Shown here: piece after piece, positions 53,401 to 64,000 of the stretch
Numbering within the stretch: the stretch's first letter is position 1
How the letters are laid out: every line of letters starts with the position of its first letter
Notes under the pieces: generated by a model
Database searches by the model: none
Seen by the model: only the letters and a program-made list of their open reading frames with translations
Told to the model about the DNA's origin: nothing
Program-made: the position numbers and the translations under genes
Source of the DNA: Paraphysomonas bandaiensis
Lineage: Eukaryota; Protista; Chrysophyceae
Assembly (NCBI GenBank): GCA_965644295.1
Contig: CBFFRP010000058.1
Span: 186,001-250,000 of the forward strand
Direction: 5' to 3'
DNA: 64,000 bases

Positions 53401-56400
53401 TTCACCCCTATATATAACATATACATATAACATGCTCCCCTATATATAACATATACATATAACATATATATATATATATCACCCCCCCTATATATAACAT
53501 ATACATATAACATACACCCATATGAATATAGAATATATACATATAACATGCACCCCTATATATAACATATACATATAACATGCACCCCTATATATAACAT
53601 ATACATATAACATGCTCCCCTATATATAACATATACATATAACATGCACCCCTATATATAACATATACATATAACATGCACCCCTATATATAACATGTAC
53701 ATATCTATATAACATATATATATATATAGCACCCCCCCTATATATATAACATATACATATAACATGCACCCCTATATATAACATATACATATAACATGCT
53801 CCCCTATATATAACATATACATATAACATACACCCATATGAATATAGAACATATACATATAACGTGCACCCCTATATATAACATATACATATAACATATA
53901 TATATATATATCACCCCCCCCCTATATATAACATATACATATAACATACACCCATATGAATATAGAACATATACATATAACATGCACCCCTATATATAAC
54001 ATATACATATAACATGCACCCCTATATATAACATATACATATAACATGCTCCCCTATATATAACATATACATATAACATGCACCCCTATATATAACATAT
54101 ACATATAACATGCACCCCTATATATAACATATACATATCTATATAACATATATATATATATAACACCACCCCTATATATAACATATACATATAACATGCT
54201 CCCCTATATATAACATTCACCCCTATATATAACATATACATATAACATGCTCCCCTATATATAACATATACATATAACATATATATATATATATCACCCC
54301 CCCCCTATATATAACATATACATATAACATACACCCATATGAATATAGAATATATACATATAACATGCACCCCTATATATAACATATACATATAACATGC
54401 ACCCCTATATATAACATATACATATAACATGCTCCCCTATATATAACATATACATATAACATGCACCCCTATATATAACATATACATATAACATGCACCC
54501 CTATATATAACATGTACATATCTATATAACATATATATATAAATAGCACCCCCTATATATATAACATATACATATAACATGCACCCCTATATATAACATA
54601 TACATATAACATGCTCCCCTATATATAACATATACATATAACATACACCCATATGAATATAGAACATATACATATAACGTGCACCCCTATATATAACATA
54701 TACATATAACATATATATATATATATATATCACCCCCCCCCTATATATAACATATACATATAACATACACCCATATGAATATAGAACATATACATATAAC
54801 ATGCACCCCTATATATAACATATACATATAACATGCACCCCTATATATAACATATACATATCTATATAACATATATATATATATAACACCCCCCCTATAT
54901 ATAACATATACATATAACATGCTCCCCTATATATAACATTCACCCCTATGAATATATAACATATACATATAACATACACCCATATGAATATAGAACATAT
55001 ACATATAACATGCTCCCCTATATATAACATATACATATCTATATAACATATACATATAACATACACCCATATGAATATAGAACATATACATATAACATGC
55101 ACCCCTATATATAACATACACTCTTATGAATATATAACATATACATATACATGTAACACACACCCATATATATAGCATAGACTCATATGAATATATACAT
55201 TTTCACAAATATGTATATATATGACTCTGATACCTAGCATACACATAACATACGCTGTTTCTGTATATATATTACAAACACGTGTTTATATAACATGTAT
55301 ATATAGGCTTATCAAGTTCTCTCAGATCCTAATAAGAGAAGACAGTATGATCTAGATGGATTGATCGAAGAAGGTGAAGAGTACAGTGGATTAGATGTTC
55401 AAAATCTTGGAGGGATAGGTCGGGTTTTTGGTGCTATGATCAGCCGTTTTGGGGTTCCTCTTCAAACGCAAATATGCCAAAATGTATTGAAAACTGCATC
55501 TGCAATATGCAGGTCAGTGATTAAGCTACCATATAATTTACACAGTATCTGATATTTAAACGTATGATTGTTTAGCAATGGCGGTATTGTCGGTGGGGGC
55601 ACTCCCCTAGACAGCAGGGTTCAAGATTTAGTTTGGGGTTGGAGTTTCGATGGCAAAGTAGGGCGACAAGATGCAGTGTTTTATCGTATCACTGTTGACC
55701 AGCATAAGGCAGAGAATGGTTTTATTGTATTTTGTCGTAGTCTCACAGGAAAATTTAAATTGGTGATGTTTGACTGCGAAGGAAGTGTAATGCATATTGA
55801 GGAGTCATTGAGGTACTTGTGACTAATAGTAGACGCTATCTGATAGAAATTGTTATTACATCGTTCTTTTTTTGCCCAGGTCACGAGATGGGTCTCAGTG
55901 GGAAACTGCCTTATACTTTACCACTGCGTTCCCTACCTATCACTTGGCACCTCCCTTGCCGCCTTCCCTTCGCGAAGAAGACCTTCCAGCTGTATTTGGG
56001 TCCCTGGAGGTGTTTGACCCCTGCAATCTTCCCATATCCCCAGGACAGTACCTCGTGTGTGTGTACGGGGACAATTTTATTGGAAAAACGTCCTATAATT
56101 TGCTCGCCGTGCCTACTCTAAATGAGTGCGATGAGGTTGTCAGTAGTTCTTGTGTTGATGTGTTGTGCCTCATAGCCTCATTTCAGGCTAAGGATGTGCA
56201 AAAATTGGACAAGGCAGTTTTGAAAGCCCGGGCTAAACTCTCTGATCTGAAAGAGGAGTATATTAAGGTTTGTGATGGCGGGAACTATGGAGCTGGAATC
56301 TGACAAATTTGCAGGCCAAAGAGGCCTTTGAGAGAGTGAGTAGACAGGTCAAGGTTGAAAGTGCTGAGGTGGATGACCTGATAGAGAGACGTGAGTTCGC

Positions 56401-56953
56401 CTATAGGTACGTCGCGTGACAATCCTTGGCGATGCATTGACATATATACAGCTCATTTATGGTATCCTCCGCGAATGCATTTCTTCCTTCTGTGTGTCCT
56501 CCAGAAGGGAAATCTGCTACTGGAACGAGAGACGCAGGTGCAGGGTCTGGAGTAGATGATGTAGTGCAACAGGCGACTGCCACTGCAGCTGCTGCCGGAG
56601 GTTGGATGGCTTCAACGTTTTCATGTAAGATCGTATGTGCACTCGTTGGACGATGTCTAACAAATTTCATAGCTGGATTGCTACAATTTAACAAACTGAT
56701 GAGTGGAGGTGGTGCTAGTGACCAGAGTAAGCACTCTGCATCCATTCCTTCAACTACACCTTCATACGACCCCGCAAAGGGTCTGGGTGAAGAAGAGTCA
56801 GACCAAGGTGAAGATAATGATGAAGAAGGAGTCCTGTCATTCGATGAGATCGAAGAAGAGCCGTTGTCACCCCAATCTGATGAGTACGTAGAAGCAGTAG
56901 TGGAAGCACAAGACACGAATGATGCGGAAAGCTTTGACGATGCAGAACGCTAA
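50460..56953 (+). CDS. DnaJ protein of the plant ARG1/DnaJ15-16 type, with a giant first intron (50625-55306)
   Basis: The J-domain is split YKILRVPRNAT..EINNAYETLA / AYQVLSDPNKRRQYD. FGAMISRFGVPLQTQI, GKVGRQDAVFY, KFKLVMF and VYGDNF resemble ARG1-family motifs. Confidence 0.85.
50655..55180 (+). repeat. Intronic AT-rich minisatellite, about 4.5 kb, of 32-bp and ~54-bp variant units
   Basis: Unit CCCCTATATATAACATATACATATAACATGCA/T interleaved with a longer variant carrying ATCTATATAAC(AT)n. Confidence 0.97.
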
Positions 56954-57655
56954 CATGATGTTGGTTCTCGACTGCAATTGTATAGACAGGGGAGCTGGCT
57001 AGAAAGGGGTGCTCACGCGTAGAGGATGTGTTTGTTACTTGGACAACGATTTCGGTGACTTTTGCTTGCATACGTTGATGCGATAAGTGTAGATATCATA
57101 CTATGTATCAATATCGAATATCGAATATTTTATTAATGAATAATGTTCTGCATGACTATGGTCCGACTTCTCTTGTCGATGATTCAACAACACATTGTAT
57201 TACAGAATAGTCCAGGGTTATAGTCATATTCAACCAACACCGTCCTGGATGATATTAATCGGTGTTTACTATTGTGTTTATTACAAAAGGTGTATATTGC
57301 GAAGAATAATAGGCTGTTATTAGTTATTAGACTTACTTGTGTTGAACAAAGCATTTTAAAAGAGCTGCGCACATGAAAGAAATATTTATTCGTATTTCGT
57401 ATAAAATCTATGTTGCTTGCTCATATTCGAAAGAGCAGTCATATCACATCTACCGCCAGTAAAATATAAGCTTATCCCTGTGCTAGTGAACTAAATCTGA
57501 ACTCTAAATCTAAATTTACAAATATACTCGTGTGAGTCAACTGTTGAGAAACCATCGTGCACCAAATCATTAAATTACTTATATTTCAATCTTTTCTCAT
57601 CACAGAAAGATACATCATCAACCACTCTGCGGAAAACAAAAGTCACACAGAAAAT

Positions 57656-60600
57656 TTATAGAGCAGCACGAATGGCTTCGAGACTCTTCTTCGCATCTCC
57701 GAGAAGCATATCATTGTTGGATTTGTAGAACACAGGGTTGTCAACACCTACAACAAAATGCAAATAAATAGAATACTACAATTATCAATAGAACTAACCG
57801 GCATATCCTGATGCCATTGATCTCTTCATAAAGATAGATTGCTTAGCCTTCCACACCTGAATAACAGGCATGCCAGCAATGGCGCTGTTGGGATCATCTT
57901 CAGCAGCACAGTTGACTGTGTCATTAGCCCCAACCACAACACATACATCAACCTCAGACATTTCTTCGTTGATTTCGTCCATCTCATATACCATGTCATA
58001 TGGCACACCAGCTTCCGCCAACATAACATTCAACTGACCAGGCATGCGTCCAGCAACCGGGTGAACAGCGAACTTGACGTCCTTTCCTTCCTTTCTGAGT
58101 TGAAGAGCAATTTCAGCAACCACACCGGCAGCTTGGGCAACAGCGAGTCCATATCCGGGAGTAATAACAATTTTCTCAGCATTCTTGAACATTTCGGCAG
58201 CATCAGTGGGTGTAATTTCGGTGTGCACTCTCTCTTCTGCAGACATACTTTTGGCCTAAGACATGGTCACATTGTTGGGACAATACGCTGATAAACAAAT
58301 ACCTGTCCGGCGACGGTTCCGAAACCACCTAGGATGACATTAGGAAGAGATCTGTTCATTGCCTCACACATAATACGTGTGAGGAATGCACCAGATGAGC
58401 CAATGAGGGCACCAACAACAGTCAGAAGAGGTTGGTCAAGAATGAATCCCTCTGCACAAAAAATCACAACGTCAGATACAAGCAATTCATGCAAACAATT
58501 CAAAACCTGCACATAATGCCCATCCAGAATAAGAATTGAGCAGGGTTATAACCACAGGCATATCTGCTCCCCCAATTGAAGCAGTCATATGGAAACCTAG
58601 AGCACCACTGCTTGCAGTTCCCGCGGCAAGGCACAAAGCGGCCGTAGTAGGGTCGGCAGTCGCACAGAAGCCAATAAGAGACGCCATGGACACAGCGCCG
58701 AGAGACATATTGATCGCATCCCTGCCGGGGAGCATCAAAGCATCAGAACTCAGCTTCTCAGATAGCTTTCCATAGGCAATAATTGATCCCGTGCAAGTAA
58801 TGGCACCCATCCAAGCACCGAGATAAGTGGATACGTTATGGAAAGTGCTCAGATGAGCAGCGTCATGCACAAGGAAATCTCCTACAGCTGTCATTGTGGC
58901 AGCGATGCCGACAAGAGAATGAAATCCTGCAACAGCCTGAGGTAGTTCAGTGGGCCCGATTTTGGTAGAAAGGTAGTACCCAATGCCACCACCAGCACCA
59001 CAAAGCATAGCGAGCTGTCCGTAGACCGTAGCATGCTCAGGGTGCATATACATCAGAGTAGCTGCAACGCCAGAGGCAATACCACCCATCCCGACGGAAA
59101 TGCCGAGTCTGGCAGTCTGCTGGGAAGATAAGCACGAAATTCCACCAACACACCCAAGTGCAGAGCCAAGCGCAAGCATAGGGGCAAGAGATACGGGCGC
59201 AATTCCACTAGCCATTGCCGCACCACTGCCGAATATGGCGACGGCTCCAGGAAGAAGGTAATAATGATTGTACTCTGGAGGATCGTCCGGTCGACGGAAC
59301 ATGTCAAGCATCTTCTTTGTCACAATGGTACCACCAGAAAGATTAACAGCCGAAAGACCAACAGCACTGGCAGCCAAAAACTGAGGGACACTGTGAGGTA
59401 CCATTCCACCTCCCATCTGGAGCATGCCACCCACAATGGTCATACCCGAAATGGCATTAGTCATAGCCATCAAAGGAGAGTGAAGAGAATGAGTTACGCC
59501 CTAAATAAAAAGTGTAAGTGTGACACAAGAACTGCAACACAGCAACACGTATTACCAACCTGTACACATGAGTTTCCGACCCAGCATGAGAGTGCGAAGG
59601 TCGACATCATAGCAGGGTTTGGAACATTAGAAGCGAGGGCGAGCATAGAAGAAGTAGCTGCAGTAGTAGCAAGGGCGTTCTTCATGTATACACGCTGCGG
59701 GTCTTCAGGGACAGGCTCCTTAACACCGATAAGTTTACAGAAGGATTTTGAAAAAGACAACTCACCTCTTTCTTGGCCTCTGTGGTAGCAGCAGCTGGAG
59801 CGGCGGGAGGAACGTAAGGGGAAAGTTCCTTACCGTCAATCGCGACACACACGGAGCGCACAGCAGGATCTTCGAGGTTTACCTGTAGTTATAGTTGTAC
59901 TGCTAAGAAAAGAGAGAAAATACACACGTCACGCTTACTTTCCACGTCTTAGTTTCCTTATCTGTCATGCTCAACAGGAAGTTGGTCACATTGCCACCAA
60001 ATAGAGACGACGCTGTGGAAGCCATCCTGCTCTCCATGTTGGTGTACCCTACGCAAGTAATACCTTTGTGCTCAACAACCTTCCCCGGCTCAGTAGTCTC
60101 CACATTTCCACCTGCTGGGGCCGCGAGGTCCACAGTTACACCACCCCGAGGCATGGCTTCCACCATATTCTTTTTGATCAACACAGGCGCCTTCCTACCA
60201 GGAATCAGTGCGGTAGTGATGACGACATCCATATTTTTCAATTCATTGAGAAGCATCTTGTCTGCTGCCTCAAACCATTCCTTGCTCATTTCTTTCGCAT
60301 ATCCCCCAGCTCCCGAGCCATCCTCTTTAAAGTCCACCTCCAAGAACTTCGCCCCAACCGATTCAACTTGTTCTTTAGCGGCAGAACGTACATCAAACCC
60401 GTAAACAATAGCACCCTTCTTCTTAGCAAGTTGCATGGCAGCAAGACCAGCAACTCCAGCGCCAACAACAAGTACCTTAGCGGGAGGAATCTTGCCAGCA
60501 GCAGTGGACTGGCCAGCAAATGGGCGTTGCATATGGTGGGCCGCTTCGATAACTGCACGGTACCCCGCAACATTAGCCTGTGAGGAAAGGACATCGAATG

Positions 60601-61112
60601 CCTGTCCTCTAGAGAGCGTTCGAAGCAAGGAGTCAAGAGAGAGGACAGTTGATTTCTGCTTAACCAGTTGAGACATGAGATCTGTGTTCACACGGGGCTG
60701 GATAATCGAACAAATTGCACGATTTTCAAGTTTTGCTGCTTCTTCAGCAGTTGGAGGACGAACCTAACATCAAAATAAGTACATCCATATAAAGTTACAT
60801 ATAAAATACAACCTTAGTCACTACTTGAGACTTCCAAATAGCATCCAAAGGTGAGATCTCAGCACCAGCAGTCTTATAGAGATCATCAGAGAATCCACTG
60901 AGCTCTCCTGCATTTGATTCTATTCTAACTTTTGCTCCAGCTTTTGTAAGTTTAGTAACATTAGGTGGAGTAATAGCCACACGACATTCACCCTCTAATG
61001 TCTCTTTAGGGACTCCAATAGTCAATCCTTGTAATCCACGTACAGTAGATCTTAAATAGGCATATTTGGCCCTATTTGTATATGAAATAAGACGAGAATT
61101 CCTTCGAATCAT
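57656..61112 (-). CDS. NNT: Mitochondrial NAD(P) transhydrogenase (fused alpha-beta), multi-exon
   Basis: [70 protein letters not shown] and [10 protein letters not shown]; Arg-rich presequence. Confidence 0.97.
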
Positions 61113-61728
61113 TACAACAAATCAAATTGAATCCAATAATAATAATAGAATGTAATATGATTGTTGATAATCTATAAGATGATGCAAGAATAGTATATAG
61201 AAACATATGCATAATCATAACGAGATCATACATACATAATGCAACAGGATCCTATTCCACATACGATATTAAAAACGTTGCATGAGGATGTAAAATATTC
61301 AGGGTTTTTATACATTTAAGAATATTGAGAAGTAATTTTATAAGGTTTTTAGAATGAATTTTTTAAATAAAGTATGAAAATGTGGTATTTTGATGATTTT
61401 TGTTTGGATCTTTGCAATTATTCGCATACGAAAAAAAAAAAGGAACACAACTGATATCTATCTATCTTAAAAGGACACTTTATACTTTCAGTTTGTATGG
61501 AAATAGATACGTATCTTAACTTTATTAACTCTCTCGGCATCCTTTGTATATTTTTGTTCAGAGATGCCTCTAATATTGAGGCAACAATTATGTGTATTCC
61601 AGCCGTAGTTGCATACTAGTAATATAGAAGATTTTGCTTCAATATTTTCCCGAAAAATAAGATGCTGACTGCCGATACGGTCTCTCTCTATATACATCCA
61701 TCCACACATATATATATACATTAATAAC

Positions 61729-62961
61729 ATGTCATCAAGATCACAATCTTATATATGGGATATTAATATATTCATTAGTTCATCTCTACTCTTTCATTGG
61801 TATTTTCATTTATCAAAGAAACCAAAACTCTATACATCCCAAGCAGCTACATCCCAAGCAGCTACATCCCAAGCAGCTACATCCCTCTCATCTACTCATA
61901 CTATACAGCATCTTATCTCACAATGTCCATCATTACATCATATATTCTATCCATCTATATTCTTATTTAATCCACATATTCAATTAATTGCATTTGTATT
62001 ATATAATGAATATAATAATCTATTCCCACCTTATAAGTGGATGATGGAGTCGATTACTATGGATGATGGAGAGGCAATGTATTTAGATTGGGTTAATACT
62101 ATTCCTAATTTCTCTCATTCTGATACTACTCCAATTTTACTTATTCATCATGGTGCTTTTTCTCACAGCAGAGATTTACCTGGACAATGTTATATCGGTG
62201 AGGCATTACGAAGAGGTTGGATTGTGTGTGCCCTTAATCGCAGAGGGCACTACGGAAAGCTAACTAAACCAAAATTTAATTTATTTGGATGCACTAATGA
62301 TACACGGTCAATTGTTGAAAATAATATTAAAGCACGTCGACCGAATTCTCGAGTGTTTATGATAGGCATATCAGCTGGATCTGCAGTTGTTGCGAGGTAT
62401 ATGGGAGAGCAAGGACTACATCGGAAATCTGAAGCAACACCAATCCTAGGGTTTTGTGATGCTGCAGTTGGAGTTAGCCCAGCCTATAACATCGAAGTCT
62501 GTATGTCCAGGCTCAAAATGCCGTACTCAGCGAAACTATTGAGTTCAGCGAAACGGTTTCATTTGGAGGGAAATAAGGAAATTCTTGAACCATGTGTTTC
62601 ATATTCTAAGTGCGCAAACACTTCAGATTTACAGTCGTGGATTGAACATTCATGGAGTATGGCAGGATTTTCTTCACAGGAAGAGTATTTCGAGTACTCG
62701 AACCCAATGCGAGTTTGCAGCCATATTTTGGAGCCTTGTTTATTTATCAATGCTGAAGATGACCCTGTCAGTGTTGTAGAAAACGTTTACGAAAACCTAC
62801 ATATCTTCGAAACGGGCGCGTGTGGGGCAGCTCTTGCTCTAACTAAGACTGGCAGTCACTGCTCTTTCTTGGGGCTCGGAATGACATCGTGGGTTGAGCG
62901 TGTAGCTTTTGAATTTTTTGATGCCTTCTTGTCAGAGAAGAGAGAAAAAGAATCTACATAG
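61729..62961 (+). CDS. Alpha/beta hydrolase, ABHD1/3-YheT family
   Basis: NPHIQ, LNRRG, nucleophile GISAG, INAEDDPV and GSHCSFL; short (TSQAA)3 repeat. Confidence 0.88.
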   Translation: MSSRSQSYIWDINIFISSSLLFHWYFHLSKKPKLYTSQAATSQAATSQAATSLSSTHTIQHLISQCPSLHHIFYPSIFLFNPHIQLIAFVLYNEYNNLFPPYKWMMESITMDDGEAMYLDWVNTIPNFSHSDTTPILLIHHGAFSHSRDLPGQCYIGEALRRGWIVCALNRRGHYGKLTKPKFNLFGCTNDTRSIVENNIKARRPNSRVFMIGISAGSAVVARYMGEQGLHRKSEATPILGFCDAAVGVSPAYNIEVCMSRLKMPYSAKLLSSAKRFHLEGNKEILEPCVSYSKCANTSDLQSWIEHSWSMAGFSSQEEYFEYSNPMRVCSHILEPCLFINAEDDPVSVVENVYENLHIFETGACGAALALTKTGSHCSFLGLGMTSWVERVAFEFFDAFLSEKREKEST

Positions 62962-63492
62962 CTTTATGATAAATGATAACTTCGTAATACTGTAACTAAT
63001 ATTTATTAACTGTTTCAACTTTTTAATATGACAAATAGGACGAGCAGAATGTTTTAAAATATAGGAGAATACTCACTTCTTCGTTCTCACACAGTTATTG
63101 CTTATTTCACTTTACATACTAAGAGCTAAAGATCCGTATGCCGCTGCAATCGTTTCTTACTGACTCAATCAACGCTAGGAAACAGTATAATAATACAGAA
63201 CAATAGATTGGTATGGAGGCGATTTAGATGTATTACAATCTTATTGATGGTAAATACGTAAATACTTGTACACACGCAACATGCACATACAGTGCTGGCT
63301 CCATGGAGTCACTTATGAACATGATTGAAAATGACTCGGTACAACTATGATCATTAAAGAGGAATAATAAATTTGCATTGACAATAGGATATAATATACT
63401 ACAATACCTTTACAATTATTAGTTATAAGAGAATGTAGCCCACGCAAGGCTCGTTTAAGGGTATAAAAATATTAAGCTTTTACAACTTTGAA

Positions 63493-64000
63493 TCAAAAGC
63501 AGCAATCACAGTCAAAGGGACATAAAGGCGTTCCCCCTCCTTCTCCGACCTTAAGTAAATGAGCTTTGTACACTGGAAGTCCCGTGGCTTGGTCTATACG
63601 CTCTAGTGGCGCCTCCGGGGATATAATACTAACGTTATCAGATTTCATCAGACCATATGATGATGTGCTTTCTTGCGGCTTTACTGGACGAGTTGATGAA
63701 GACTTGGAAGAATCAACCACTGTCTTCTTTTTCTTTGTCGCTACAGCAAAAATATCATCGATTTCCTCTTTGACCCTCTTATTAGTAGTGGGCTGTACAT
63801 CTTTCTTTACAGCCACATCTGCATTATTTGAGGCATCTTTAGTGGTCTTATTAGTTTTTTTCTTTTCTACACTATTATTTGTTGCATTTTCCAATGAGGA
63901 TTTATCTTTTTCTTGCATATTACTATTCACTGTTGTCTTATTGCCTTTGTTATATAGAGCATTATCATATAAATTCTTAGGATAACGATGCCTAGAGGGC
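63493..64000 (-). CDS. DUF1764-family protein, 5' end may lie outside the window
   Basis: EIDDIF, and C-terminal GLPVY..LKVGEGGGTPLCPFDCDCCF. The frame is open to the window edge. Confidence 0.85.
   Translation of the reverse strand, partial: PSRHRYPKNLYDNALYNKGNKTTVNSNMQEKDKSSLENATNNSVEKKKTNKTTKDASNNADVAVKKDVQPTTNKRVKEEIDDIFAVATKKKKTVVDSSKSSSTRPVKPQESTSSYGLMKSDNVSIISPEAPLERIDQATGLPVYKAHLLKVGEGGGTPLCPFDCDCCF

Noticed and set aside
50645-55178. Many minus-strand ORFs rich in Y/I/M/C
   Set aside because: Translations of the intronic minisatellite.
57826-60671. Antisense and alternative-frame ORFs over NNT (similar ones over the Kv channel, PKA-R and the receptor gene)
   Set aside because: Shadow ORFs of GC-richer coding sequence with no independent support.

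Overview
Gene-dense eukaryotic genomic DNA with short GT-AG introns. A flagellated protist, probably a stramenopile, is inferred from gene content and not proven. About 24 host genes can be supported: tubby-like, MgtC/SapB, HhH-GPD glycosylase, methyltransferase, R2R3-Myb, Kv channel, a TPP1/Est3-OB + Tudor protein, PKA regulatory subunit, two EF-hand proteins, M48 peptidase, a Gly-rich/EGF-like receptor, spastin, cyclin-Y-like, SNF1/AMPK, an ARG1-like J protein with a 4.7-kb minisatellite intron, NNT, an ABHD hydrolase, DUF1764 and several hypotheticals. There are also three hAT-derived elements, one nested in an older relative. The standout is a 5.5-kb palindromic mobile element (27319-32825) inserted at a TA within a (CATA)n microsatellite. 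It has two inward-reading arms, each starting with a Crypton-like tyrosine recombinase gene; one arm is complete and the other is internally deleted. The arms are joined tail-to-tail through an AT-rich, incompletely paired hairpin centre that resembles the dimer junction of a hairpin-ended linear replicon. Exon boundaries were read by eye and are approximate, and no database searches were run.
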